From an uncultured Methanosarcinaceae archaeon (GTDB taxonomy: Archaea; Halobacteriota; Methanosarcinia; Methanosarcinales; Methanosarcinaceae): DNA of 64,000 nucleotides. Positions 21,256-32,277 of the stretch are shown here, piece by piece. Under the pieces are notes generated by a model that was given only the letters and a program-made list of their open reading frames with translations, ran no database searches and was not told the origin of the DNA. The translations under genes and the position numbers were made by a program. Each line of letters begins with the position of its first letter. Position 1 is the first letter of the stretch. The stretch lies in contig CAVTET010000005.1 in NCBI GenBank assembly GCA_963733675.1, positions 256,001-320,000 of the forward strand, given 5' to 3'.

Positions 21256-22446
21256 TCAGGAGAAAAGCCTTCTTGCAGTTTCCTCTGCCTTTCTCATAAC
21301 CTCTTTTACAGGAACTCTGCTTGCTTTTGCGATTTTTTTGCAATCCTCAAACTCGGCAGAAATATTAAGTAGGATGCCTTCAGAATCCATGGCGATCTTG
21401 ACCGCAGCTTCATATACCTGTCCTTCGACTTCAAAATTAACCGATTCTATTCGCCTGGAGGCCATTAACCTGTGTCTGGAAGGGGTAACCCTTACTCCCA
21501 GAGATCCTGTCTCGATAATTATTTTCCGGGCGAGTTTTGCAGTATCCTCGGGTTTTGCAATAACCTTGATAACATGAGCCGGACGGCCTTTTTTCATTGT
21601 TGCCGGGAAAATTGCAACATCTCTTGCCCCCATAGCAAGCAGTTCCTCGAAAAGGTTACCCAGGACTTCTCCGCTCACATCATCGGCATTTGTTTCAAGT
21701 ACCTCAATGATGTCCGGGATCAGGCAGGAATCAATTTCGGAAAGCACTCCCTGCAGCACGTTGGGCCCGGCAAGCTCAGAATCCCCTGCCCCATACCCGG
21801 TTGAAATTGCTCTACCTTGAGGAAAAGTTTCCACTGATCTTGCAAAATGAGCCAGAATAGCAGCCCCTGTCGGAGTAAGAAGTTCTTTTTTCTCAGCACC
21901 TCCCCTGAAATAGAGCTTTCCTCTCTTGAGGAGTTCAAGGGTAGCCGGGGCTGGGACAGGTAAAGTCCCATGTGCGCATTCGATTGTTTCACTGCCCACA
22001 TTGATAGGCATGCAATAAACAGAATCACAGTTGAGGGCATGAATAGCTGCCGAAGACCCGATTACGTCGGCAAGAGCGTCATTCTGTCCTACCTCATGGA
22101 AATGAATGTTTTCTAGGTCATGTTGCCCGTGGACTGTTGCTTCAGCTTCTGCCATTTTCAAAAAAATATCAAGGGCACTTTCCTCCACCTTCGTGGGCAA
22201 TTTTGCACCCTTTATGACGTCCACAAGTTCAGGATAAGTGCGAGCCGGCTCCTTGTCAGGAACCTTGATCCGAACATCCAGAGCCTTAATTCCTTTTTTT
22301 AAAACTTCTTTTACATCTACAGATACTGGGACAGAGATTTCTATCATTTCCTTAATTGCGTTCCTGTCAGCCCCGAGATCTAGAGCGCATCCAAGGATCA
22401 TATCTCCTGCTGCACCTGAAAATGGATTGAATACAAGTGCTTTCAT
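21256..22446 (-). CDS. larC: Nickel-pincer cofactor biosynthesis protein LarC
   Basis: SGAAGDMILG, IHFHEVG..DALAD, CAHGTLPVPAPAT, ELLTPTGAA, ETNADD, MKKGRP. Confidence 0.95.
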   Translation of the reverse strand: MKALVFNPFSGAAGDMILGCALDLGADRNAIKEMIEISVPVSVDVKEVLKKGIKALDVRIKVPDKEPARTYPELVDVIKGAKLPTKVEESALDIFLKMAEAEATVHGQHDLENIHFHEVGQNDALADVIGSSAAIHALNCDSVYCMPINVGSETIECAHGTLPVPAPATLELLKRGKLYFRGGAEKKELLTPTGAAILAHFARSVETFPQGRAISTGYGAGDSELAGPNVLQGVLSEIDSCLIPDIIEVLETNADDVSGEVLGNLFEELLAMGARDVAIFPATMKKGRPAHVIKVIAKPEDTAKLARKIIIETGSLGVRVTPSRHRLMASRRIESVNFEVEGQVYEAAVKIAMDSEGILLNISAEFEDCKKIAKASRVPVKEVMRKAEETARRLFS

Positions 22447-22502
22447 GAAATCATCTTCCTACATTGCATTTTTAAGTAATTTTTGATCTCTTCTTCTCTT
22501 TG

Positions 22503-23060
22503 TTACCCATCTTTCAGCTCTATTTTTTCTCCAATGCCCAGTTTTCTGGCTGTTGCAATCATATTTGCGATCCGAGCTGCGTAAGCACCAGCTACGAAAC
22601 CTACATCTATATTCACTACCGCAATGGGGGGCAGGACTGCAACATTGCCAGTAGGGCAGCCTTTCCTTTACCTCCGGCCCCGTAGCCTGTATACACCGGA
22701 AGCCCGATAACAGGCACGTCCACAAGTCCGGAAACTATTGATAGAAGCGCTCCCTCCCTTCCGGCCGCAACAACTATTGCCTCAGGCTTCATAGCTTTCA
22801 GTCTCTGGAGTTCTGGAATGAGACTGTGAATTCCTGCAACCCCTACGTCATATACGGCAATAGTTTTGCAGCCCATTTCTGAAGCAATAACGTGAGCCTC
22901 TTCCGCAGCCGGTATATCTGTCGCACCTGATTTTCCTATGGGGATCAAGTTTTGCAATGCCTGAGTAAAGAACAAAACCCAGACCAAGGGGCTGCTGTTC
23001 CGCAGTCTTAAGATCCATTTTTTCGTCTTTAACAGCCCTTAATACATCACTAAGATCCAT
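22503..23060 (-). pseudogene. larB: LarB (PurE-like NPN biosynthesis carboxylase) with internal deletion and frameshifts
   Basis: IAKLDPHRK fused directly to GATDIPAAEEA..YDVGVAGIH..VVAAGREGAL..PVIGLP..GYG, frameshift, IAVVNIDVGFVAG. Confidence 0.85.
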
Positions 23061-23375
23061 GTGCCACCCTTCGCCTAGAAGAATTAGATACTTTAGCAAT
23101 AAACAATTTAAATCTCAGTTCTTCGATAACAATTTATTAGTTTAGAGGCTCTGTAGAATCTCGCGCTATACTTCATACGATCTTGATTTTCAGAATTACT
23201 TGTTTGTTGCTTTGCAATTTGAGATAAAATTTCAAAATTCTAAAGCTGAATGAGTATAATTGACTAAACATGAAGATAAACAACGGAAAATGGAAATATG
23301 GTTTAATCTTTCAATAAAGTTAGCTTAAACAATATCTTCATTTTGTCTTTTTCGGCACTTCGAATTTCTCTAGTT

Positions 23376-24578
23376 TTAAGTCTTTTTGAATACTTGTTTT
23401 GCCATGGCGACTCTATTCTCCAGGTCGGGTCCTTCAAGCTCTTCTACAACGGATTCGAGGATTGTCGGTATATCAATGTGCTGAGGACATTTTTCAAGGC
23501 ATTCTCCGCATTGCACGCACAGGGATGCAAATTCAGCTTCTCCTACTGATAGAACCCCACACAGTCTTACGGCATAATGGAACTTTGCACCGTTCGCATC
23601 GCCGGACATGTACAGGTTGTTGTACGTCCTCGAAGCAGAATGGGATATTCACTCCGCTCGTACAGGGCATACAGTATCTGCAGCCTGTACAGCCTACTTT
23701 CATCAGTTCACGGTACTTCCGCTCTACTTTTTTTATAAGTCTGCAGCTCAGCTTCAGTCAGAGAATTCGGGTAAGCTTTATCGGCCAGTCTAAGATTCTC
23801 TTCAATATGTGTTTCCTCATTCATCCCGGAAAGGACGACCGTTACTCCTGGATGGTTCCATACCCAGCGAAGAGCCCATTCTGCCGGGGTCCTCTTAGTC
23901 GGAGCCTCATCCCAGATATCTTTCACTGCAGAAGGCACTGGGCTCGCGAGGTTCCCTCCGCGGAGTGGCTCCATAATTACTATTCCCAGGCCTTTTGAAG
24001 CTGCATACTCCAAACCATCGGTTCCTGCCTGGTTCTTTTCATCCAGGAAGTTGTACTGGATCTGGCAAAAGTCCCAGCCATAAGCGTCCACTATCCTATT
24101 GAAGTCCTTTCCTGATCCGTGGAAGGAAAAGCCTGCATTAATTATTCGTCCGTCGGCTTTGGCTTTGTCAAGGAAATCGGCTACCCCCAGCTTTTCGACA
24201 TTGTCCCACAGCTCGCCCAGCAGAGCATGGACCAGGTAATAGTCAATATGGTCTGTATTGAGCTTCTCCAGCTGAGCATTCAAGAACATAGTCCATGTCC
24301 TCCTGGCTTTTCAGCAACCAGTGGGAAGTTTTGTTGCGAGTTTAACTTTACTACGGTATCCGTCAGCAAGAGCACGACCTAAAAAAAGCTCGCTCTGTCC
24401 CCTATGGTAGGGCCAGGCCGTATCAACATAGTTTACTCCGTGGTCGATCGCATAGCGTACCTGCTTAGTGGCTCTTTCTTCGTCTATAGTACCATCTTCT
24501 TTCACGGGAGAGGCGCATACATCCGAATCCAATGACGGAAAGCTCGTCTCCATTCTTAGGAATTTTTCTATATAACAT
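23376..24578 (-). pseudogene. Aldo/keto reductase with C-terminal 4Fe-4S domain, several frameshifts
   Basis: [16 protein letters not shown] / [17 protein letters not shown] / IDYYLVHAL..QIQYNFLD..MEPLRGG / CTGCRYCMPC / CVQCGECLEKCPQHIDIP. Confidence 0.9.
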
Positions 24579-24680
24579 TCTCCATTCACCTGGTTTCTTC
24601 AAACTATTTTTTAGGTATGTTGGGTTAATTTTTTGATTGACGGGATATTTTGAGGTAAGTCAGTCCATTAGTTTCCATAT

Positions 24681-24700
24681 ATGAGTGACTGATCACTCAT
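24681..24700. promoter_or_regulatory. Putative TetR operator upstream of the aldo/keto reductase
   Basis: Palindrome ATGAGTGA-CTGA-TCACTCAT; its core matches the site at 25313. Confidence 0.7.
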
Positions 24701-24717
24701 AAGTGGGGTGAAAAAAA

Positions 24718-25296
24718 TTAATTCTCAGCTAAACCTTTCCAGATAATCTGAAATCCATCCTCTATAAACTTATTTTTATTTTGTGATGAATCTGAATCAA
24801 GGATCAGATTCACTACCACTCTGCTAGCCTGATAAAACATTGCAATGGTCAGCTCTGCGGAAAAATCTCTGATTACTCCTGTTTTTATTCCTTGATTCAC
24901 AAGATCATGGAGAAAGACATACTCTTTCATCACTTCTTCACGCGTAAATTTTGTTATATAAGGAGAAGAGCAGAACTGGCCGACAAAAAGAAATTCTTCC
25001 TGATTGTCTGCTCCCCATTTGATTAAATTTGACCATATTTTTCTTAACTTATCCTGAAAGGTATTATGTGCTTCAATTTCTTTCCCCATACTTTGACTTA
25101 ATTGCCCTTTTACTTCGAAATATAGGCTGTTTATAAGGTCTTCCTTTGTAGGAAAGTAATTGAAAAGAGTGCCTGTAGCTATACCTGCTTCTTTCGAAAT
25201 CTGAGCAGTGGATGTACCGTGGAAGCCCCTTTCAGTGAAAAGCTTCAGGGCTGATTCCATAATGGCTGTTTTTTTGTCTATGACCTGTTCTTTCAT
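24718..25296 (-). CDS. TetR/AcrR family transcriptional regulator
   Basis: AIMESALKLFTERGFHGTSTAQISKEAGIATGTLFNYFPTKEDL. Confidence 0.95.
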   Translation of the reverse strand: MKEQVIDKKTAIMESALKLFTERGFHGTSTAQISKEAGIATGTLFNYFPTKEDLINSLYFEVKGQLSQSMGKEIEAHNTFQDKLRKIWSNLIKWGADNQEEFLFVGQFCSSPYITKFTREEVMKEYVFLHDLVNQGIKTGVIRDFSAELTIAMFYQASRVVVNLILDSDSSQNKNKFIEDGFQIIWKGLAEN

Positions 25297-25312
25297 GCAT
25301 TATCTCTATAAT

Positions 25313-25326
25313 TGACTGATTAGTCA
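25313..25326. promoter_or_regulatory. Putative TetR autoregulatory operator
   Basis: TGACTGATTAGTCA, 16 bp upstream of the tetR ATG. Confidence 0.65.
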
Positions 25327-25624
25327 GTTACACTGCAATATTATGTTGTTAGATAAAATACTTTATGGTGCTTTTTTCTTCTCACTGGGTTCATGTAAAC
25401 ATATTTTTTAGTCCAATATGTTGTTCTTTCAGTACACTGCCACATTGGCCAGCATACATAATTTTCTATAAAACTATATATCTCAAAAAATCATTTGATA
25501 CAAAATTCACATCTCGAGAATCAAATTAAGCATAGTATTCAAAAATTTGACTTTGAATTCACAGCAAATTTGCAATACAATCTACCCTTTTTTATGGGCA
25601 TGATTAATTTGCAAGCTTACTATA

Positions 25625-25713
25625 GAGAATTTCGATAAAGCTTTTCTTTTCACGAGCCACTTAAACATTAGTTATAAGTACATGACGAAATTTAGGAGTT
25701 TATCGAAAGTTAT
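25625..25713. repeat. 89-bp TIR-bounded element, copy 2
   Basis: GAGAATTTCGATAAAG ... GTTTATCGAAAGTTAT. Confidence 0.6.
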
Positions 25714-25840
25714 TCAGTCATGTGAATTGCTTCTTATTAAGAGAAAACCGTAGGTCCACTGGTGTTAGTAGGATTGAATGCTCCATATGGACTTTCTCTC
25801 CCGAAAGTAAAGTCAGCTATCACAAACACCAGCAAGTTGA

Positions 25841-26695
25841 TTAATATTTCGTAGGCTTAGAATTCTTCGAAACTTTAGCTGTTTTTTTAATATGTTCACT
25901 GTAGGACTTAACACATTCAATAGCTTGTTTCACGTCAGAGTTTAAGGCTCCAAAATTTCCATTATTATATTCTCCGACTCCAGAATTAGCATAAACTGCT
26001 ACCTTGTTAGCCTGTACCATTGCTAACCGATATTCGGCCTTTGTGTCTTGTAAATCAGGCGATACATTGCACAAATCACTATTTTCGATAGCTTTCTGGC
26101 TATCTGTATACAAAATACCTGCATAAGTAGAAAGTGATGTGGTATCGTAGTTCTTTCCAGCAATAGTTAGATATTTCATATCATTATCCACTTGTTTCGT
26201 ATCTGATACACACGTTGTCGACCATTTAGAATCTTGATATTTTGTTGTTTCATGTATCGGTGTAGGAGTTGGCTTTGTAGCTTCTATTGGTGTTGTTGTC
26301 GGAGTTGGTGTTGAAACTGAAGTTGGTGTAAGTTTAGATGGTACTGCTATTGTACTACCATTAACTTCTGACAGAGGTGCTATTATTACCCTGGCATTAT
26401 TTGTATTATTATTTATTGCAGTAGGGGTCGCAGGGAATGCGGCAATTGTTACTATCACTAGACAAAACAAAAGAAAAAATATCATAAATCCAGGAATTGA
26501 AGTATTCATTCTCTTTTTCAATTGATTCGTAGCTAGAGGAATTGTTAAAATCGCTGCTAGAATAAAAAGCAGGCCTTCAATATAGCCATGTAAAATCATT
26601 GAGAATAAACTCACGACAAAAAAGAAGGCTACGAAAGCGTAAAGAATAATACCAATAAATGGGGTATTTTTCAGCTCTTTTAAAACTCCATCCAC
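25841..26695 (-). CDS. Hypothetical membrane protein with Pro/Thr-rich linker and helical extracellular domain
   Basis: Three N-terminal TM segments, TPTPTTTP linker, 284 aa. Confidence 0.75.
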   Translation of the reverse strand: MDGVLKELKNTPFIGIILYAFVAFFFVVSLFSMILHGYIEGLLFILAAILTIPLATNQLKKRMNTSIPGFMIFFLLFCLVIVTIAAFPATPTAINNNTNNARVIIAPLSEVNGSTIAVPSKLTPTSVSTPTPTTTPIEATKPTPTPIHETTKYQDSKWSTTCVSDTKQVDNDMKYLTIAGKNYDTTSLSTYAGILYTDSQKAIENSDLCNVSPDLQDTKAEYRLAMVQANKVAVYANSGVGEYNNGNFGALNSDVKQAIECVKSYSEHIKKTAKVSKNSKPTKY

Positions 26696-26987
26696 TTTTC
26701 CACCTTCTAGTTACTTTGAGTATTTATCAATTCAAACTCAAAATTGTAATTTATATTGAGTTTATAAAGAATATGTAAAATATATCATAATTTAATATAT
26801 ATAAATATGAAAGAATCAATAGTCTTTATCTTTTGTTTTGCTCGATACATCTTCCTTATTTTTTAAGAACTTTCATTCCAGAGCTTATAGGAATGTACAA
26901 GTTTCGATCGATTACATTCCAGCAAATGCAAAAAAATAGTGAGAAACACTGATGTAAAATCAATAAATCTCACTGAGATCTATTTAA

Positions 26988-27048
26988 TTACGATAATAAG
27001 GTTGGAACGTACATCTGAAGCAGCGGATAATCTACATTATAATCGTGA
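26988..27048. repeat. 61-bp hairpin element, copy 2
   Basis: TTACGATAAT...CATTATAATCGTGA; aligns with 19137-19198. Confidence 0.55.
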
Positions 27049-28451
27049 AAATGAGACAGTATTTAGTCTTAAACTAGCAAACATAAGATTAAATCGGACT
27101 GGAAAATAAACTGATTTGTTTGAAATAGAAGAGGAAGGCTTTTGACTATACACTTAAGCTTGTGAGTTGGGTGATAGTGCAAAAATGGTGGTGAGAAGTT
27201 GACTTTGAGAACACACATATATTTACATTAAACATCTGCATCATTGAAAACAACAAGATATAAGCTTTGTAAGTAAAAAGTTGACTCTACTTTTTGTTTG
27301 TTGTGATTAAATAAAGCGATACAGAGGCAATCAAAATTTACAGATTTTTATGTACATTACTATGAGAGCAGAGTTAACGTTCAAACTTTGAATCTATTAC
27401 AGGTGTCAATACTCAATGATTGGCAAGGCCATCTCACTGTTTAAGGTAGATGAAGCTAATACAAACCTAAAGCTACAACTTCCTGTATTCCTTTTCAGGT
27501 TGTTGAGGATTGCCTCATTTTCGTCGAAATTCACATTTTTAGGTTGAATTTGTAGCAATTTTTCTCTTCTAGCACAAATTTCATAAAAAATAGCAATTAT
27601 AGCTCGATCTCTGGAACTTAGATATGAATCACTTAGTTTTTCAAATTTTTTCTCTGATCAGATGTCTGCAGGGATTCCCCATTTTTTAAATTTCCACAAC
27701 TTTATTACGGCTCAGAACGATTTACAAAGGTAGAATTTCTTTAAAATCATTTGGATTTTTTTGTTTTGCACTGGGCGGGTATTTAACGGCCTTACCAGCT
27801 TTGACGTATGTATAAACAAGTATAAAATCTAGATAATCGTAAGTAACATCTGGAGTAGATCCCTAAATTATCTTATCAACACCATTCTATGAAACAGTAG
27901 AAGGGTAATTCCAGCAGTTGCGATTGTTACTTATTCCAGTCCATCTGCTTAATATTTCCTCGAATAATCTTTTGAGATTTTTGAATCACTCATGCTAAAT
28001 TAATAGAATTAATCTTAGATAAACAATAAACGTTTTTATGGTAGTTTTCTGTAAACTATATATATTTCCACAACTGCAAAACGAAAAAAGGGCAGAAAGG
28101 AAGGTCAAATAAGAATGAAAATCTGTCATTCACTATGGTGAAGTGCAAAAGTTGCTATGAATAAAGAAATTAAACTGAATAGAAAAGGATGGCATTGAAG
28201 GTTAAATACTTGCAAGCAATTACTCAATATTGATGCTGAAAAGATGATGAAATACTCCAAAAACAAAAGTAATGTGGAGAAAAAGCTTAGGCTTTTAAAG
28301 ATAAAAGTTCAAGATCTCCGAGATTGAATTAAAGCTCCAATTCAACCGCCAAGGAGTTCCTAATATCGGTCTAATTAGAACAGAATAATAGATACTTTTC
28401 TATCTCAGATATCCTGGTAGATACACAAATATTTAATATAAATTTATGAGC

Positions 28452-28628
28452 TCATTGAGCCCATAAGGCAATTATTTTATCGATAGCTACATGTGTAAAT
28501 TTTCCTTCGTTATTGAGAGTAAGAACATTATCAGCACAAGCTTCAATGGTTCCCCTGAAAACATCCGGCCCGCCACAATAAACATCTACAGCCTTGTTGA
28601 GATAATGTTCTACTATAAAGGATTGCAT
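28452..28628 (-). CDS. MM0924-family small protein (58 aa, below the ORF-track cutoff)
   Basis: MQSFIVEHYLNKAVDVYCGGPDVFRGTIEACADNVLTLNNEGKFTHVAIDKIIALWAQ*, with GGAGGT RBS. Confidence 0.8.
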   Translation of the reverse strand: MQSFIVEHYLNKAVDVYCGGPDVFRGTIEACADNVLTLNNEGKFTHVAIDKIIALWAQ

Positions 28629-29462
28629 CAAGTTCCTTACCTCCGTTTCTTTATTGCCCGGTTATTAACATATTTGTTTTGCTGACACACACCAGCTTAA
28701 AATCTGCAGGTTTTTGCCTAATTGTAACTATTCACTCTTTTCTTATAAATATATTTAAGAATTAAAGCTGATTTTCATGATTCTATTCGAAGATGCATTA
28801 AAAGAAAATTCAATATTTCTTAAATTTTCACTTCCTTATAACCGAAGCTATCATATACAGTTATACTTAATGTGAAGATCAAAATATATTGTTTTCATCA
28901 TATGATTTTGGACGTAATCACAAAATTGAATCAAAACAAATATAGTCTATTGAGGCTGTTTTACAACCTCTAAGAGACTGTGCAAATATCAAAATCAAGG
29001 GTTCACTTACAGTGAGGATATTTTTTGTACAGTTGGGAGAATATCAGGAAACAAGAATTAAGTTCACTTCGTATCAAAAGATTTATACTCATAATATCTA
29101 GTGCACAAAATACCCATGCGCAACAAGCTTAAAAAAACTAAACATTTTAAACATTGAAGAAATTGTCCAATCGAATGAAACTATTCTTATTCAAGACAAA
29201 TAATAATTCGAAAAATAAATAAGAGTTATGATTTATCCGTTGATTAATCCAATAATCCTTATTGCGGAAAAAAGATCAATTTTATGCAAAATACGCAATA
29301 CTTGGCCAGGCTAAAAAAGGGACAAGTTTTTCAGTCATATTTCCCTTTATATCACTAGCAAAAGCTAAAGGTATAATACGTCTCTATTCCGGTAGAAAAA
29401 CGGGAATAGAAGTTGAATATCTATATTTTATAACTTAATTGAAGCCTCGGCTTCGAAAATAA

Positions 29463-29551
29463 GCGAATCTCGATAAAACTCTGATCAGCAAACGTAATTT
29501 ATACACTATTCAGATGCACATGAAGAAATTTAGGAGTCTGTCGAAATTCTC
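29463..29551. repeat. 89-bp TIR-bounded element, copy 3
   Basis: GCGAATCTCGATAAAA ... GTCTGTCGAAATTCTC. Confidence 0.55.
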
Positions 29552-29596
29552 TATAATTTTACTATTTTCCTTCACAACTATATTACCATAAGAATA

Positions 29597-30793
29597 TTAT
29601 GGAATAATATCGTTGCAGACCTCCAAAATCTTTCTAGCAACACTATTCCAACTGTGATTTTCAACGACATACTTGCGACCTTTTTCTCCCAAGGTAGCTC
29701 GAGTACTCTCATCGGAAATTAATCCTAATATGGCGGTTGCAAGTTCCCCAGGATTTTCTGGATTCACAGTGATTCCTCCTCCCGAAAACTCAATTAAATC
29801 TTTAACACCTGGAATACTACTTGCTACCATCGGCTTTCCACAGGCAAGATATTCGTATGTTTTCAAAGCTGAAAGCCCTATTTTCGAGTTCCTTTTTTTA
29901 ATAAAAGGTGCAACACAGATCTCAGACGCATTTATGTATAGAGGAACACTTTCGTAAGGAACCCTCCCAGTGAAGATGAACTTATCAGAAAGCCGTAATT
30001 CGGAAGTTATTTTGAGTAATTTATTTTTCATAACCCCATCACCAACAACTAGAAAACGAACTTCAGGGTGTTTTTCTAGAATTAAAGGAGATGCATAAAT
30101 CAGGAACTCAACACCTTGCCAGGCTGCAAGGTGCCCGACAAAGCATATATATTTTTTTGAATTTTCTAACCCAAGTTCTTTTTTTGCTTGTTCTTGGTCC
30201 ATAGGCTTGAATAAATCGGTATTTGCACCATTATTGATAACAAAGATCTTATCCTGAGGTATAGAATACAATCTAACAATTTCATCTCTGAGTTTATCTG
30301 TAACAGAAACTATTCTGTCACAATACTTGTAATTGAGTTTTTCAGAATGGAGTGCAAGATAAGAAAAAACCTTGTATGCAAATGATTTGGAATTCGTATT
30401 TACTTCTAACTCATCTAAAACTAGTCCGTTGACTTCCACAACTAAAGGAATTTTCAAAATTTTACATATGAACATAGGCAAGAACGGGAAAGAATTCTGG
30501 CGGAGATAAAGTATATCAGGCCTATTCTTGATACACGAATAAAGAAGATAAAATGAGAGCATAATTTCGTAAGATGGCTGTATGAGATACTTATTGTTTA
30601 TTACAGGCACGTACTTTATTCCGGAAATAGCACGATTTTCACCCTTTGGATCAGGAGCGAAAAGGACTATATTCGTATATATTTTAAAATTCTTGAGGAG
30701 CTCAAGTACATGTATATTTGAACCTGATTTAATATTGAAGGATCCGTAAAAAACTAAAAAAATATTATTTACTTTTTTGAACATAGTTTCCAT
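29597..30793 (-). CDS. Glycosyltransferase family 4
   Basis: FVGHLAAWQGV, LVVGDG, LKTYEYLACGKPMV. Confidence 0.92.
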   Translation of the reverse strand: METMFKKVNNIFLVFYGSFNIKSGSNIHVLELLKNFKIYTNIVLFAPDPKGENRAISGIKYVPVINNKYLIQPSYEIMLSFYLLYSCIKNRPDILYLRQNSFPFLPMFICKILKIPLVVEVNGLVLDELEVNTNSKSFAYKVFSYLALHSEKLNYKYCDRIVSVTDKLRDEIVRLYSIPQDKIFVINNGANTDLFKPMDQEQAKKELGLENSKKYICFVGHLAAWQGVEFLIYASPLILEKHPEVRFLVVGDGVMKNKLLKITSELRLSDKFIFTGRVPYESVPLYINASEICVAPFIKKRNSKIGLSALKTYEYLACGKPMVASSIPGVKDLIEFSGGGITVNPENPGELATAILGLISDESTRATLGEKGRKYVVENHSWNSVARKILEVCNDIIP

Positions 30794-30841
30794 TACCAGA
30801 ATGACAAAAGTAGTTAATTAGTTTTATCCCATCATTTTGTG

Positions 30842-30928
30842 GGGTATTTTAATAACTCTTTGATTCATGGGCCGCTTATATACTCAAAATAAACATGTAA
30901 CGAAATTTAGGAGTTTATCGAAATACAT
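30842..30928. repeat. 87-bp TIR-bounded element, copy 4
   Basis: GGGTATTTTAATAACT ... GTTTATCGAAATACAT. Confidence 0.5.
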
Positions 30929-31077
30929 CATATGTCATTTTTCTTAAATTAGGAAAGTGGTTTAATACCGATCTTGAAAACGATAATTTAATCCACTTTT
31001 AGGAGATGTATTATATAGGATTAACTCTCTTGTTTTTCTGTTTTTAGCCTGTCCGAAGCGAAAAAAGGTAAAAAGCT

Positions 31078-32277
31078 ATGAAAATACTAGAAGTATGTCA
31101 GGAATTTCCTAACAGGTATTATCCTCAACTTGGGACATTCATAAAACAAAGTATTGATTCAATTGCAAAACAGAAAGTAAACGTTACTGTTGTTTCCCCA
31201 AAACCTATTGTGATCCCTTTTTCTGCATTTCCATATCATAATTTTTCCAAACTACCGCAGATTGAGCACACTGAAAAATACGATTTGCACTATCCACGCT
31301 ATTTATACATAGTTCCTAAAAAGTATTTTTACCCCCTAACAGGAATCTCATATGCTTATTTCATATCCAGATACGCAATTAAAAACATAAAACCAAAACC
31401 TGATCTTCTCCATGCACACTTTTCATATCCTGATGGATTTGGGATGATAGGGCTTGCAAAGAAATGGAAGGTTCCTTTTGTAATAAGTGCACTAGGCACG
31501 TTAGAAAGGAAAGTAGCATATGAGGGATCCTACACCTCAAGGCAAATATTTGAGGCTATGAATTGTGCGGATAAGGTTCTTTCTGTCAGTGAAGACCTAA
31601 AAAATCATATAGTAAATCTTGGAATAAGCGAAGATAAGGTCAGCGTGGTTCCAAACGGCGTTGATATAGAGAGGTTCAAGCCCGCAGGAAAAGAGTATGC
31701 AAGAAATATGTTAAATTTACCTCAAGATAAAAAAATTGTTCTGTTTGTGGGAGCCCTAAAAAAAATTAAAGGTGTAGACTACCTTATTGAGGCTGCGAAA
31801 AGTTTTCTGGACACTAATATTAGTCTTTATATGGTTGGTAGGGATGATGGCATGAAAAAAAGCCTGGAAAAAAGAGCACATGAGCTCAAAATTGACAATT
31901 ATATTAAATTTACCGGGCCCGTAAACCATGAAGACATTCCTCTTTGGCTCTCAGCCTCGGACATACTGGTGCTTCCATCCCTTTCCGAGGGTAGACCAAA
32001 TGTAATACTTGAAGCCTTTGCCTGTGAAGTTCCAGTAGTAGCAACAAATGTAGGCGGGGTTCCTGAATTAATGATCAACGGGGAAACAGGATATATAGTG
32101 CCTGCAAAAAATCAGATGGAGTTGTCTGAAAAAGTTAATAAGCTGCTTGTAGATAGAAACATTAGAATAAAAATGGGCAAATTCGGACGAATGACCATAA
32201 TCCAGCGTGGACTTACCTGGGAAACCCACGCAAAAAAGACTATTAAAATATACTCGAAGCTTTTAACGAGTAGTTAA
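31078..32277 (+). CDS. Glycosyltransferase family 4 (TuaC-like)
   Basis: HAHFSYPDG, VPNGVD, LPSLSEGRPNVILEAFACEVPVV. Confidence 0.92.
   Translation: MKILEVCQEFPNRYYPQLGTFIKQSIDSIAKQKVNVTVVSPKPIVIPFSAFPYHNFSKLPQIEHTEKYDLHYPRYLYIVPKKYFYPLTGISYAYFISRYAIKNIKPKPDLLHAHFSYPDGFGMIGLAKKWKVPFVISALGTLERKVAYEGSYTSRQIFEAMNCADKVLSVSEDLKNHIVNLGISEDKVSVVPNGVDIERFKPAGKEYARNMLNLPQDKKIVLFVGALKKIKGVDYLIEAAKSFLDTNISLYMVGRDDGMKKSLEKRAHELKIDNYIKFTGPVNHEDIPLWLSASDILVLPSLSEGRPNVILEAFACEVPVVATNVGGVPELMINGETGYIVPAKNQMELSEKVNKLLVDRNIRIKMGKFGRMTIIQRGLTWETHAKKTIKIYSKLLTSS

Noticed and set aside
25746-25810. Possible tnpB 3' end / omegaRNA relic
   Set aside because: Only a vague resemblance; no RuvC or zinc-finger coding remnant nearby.
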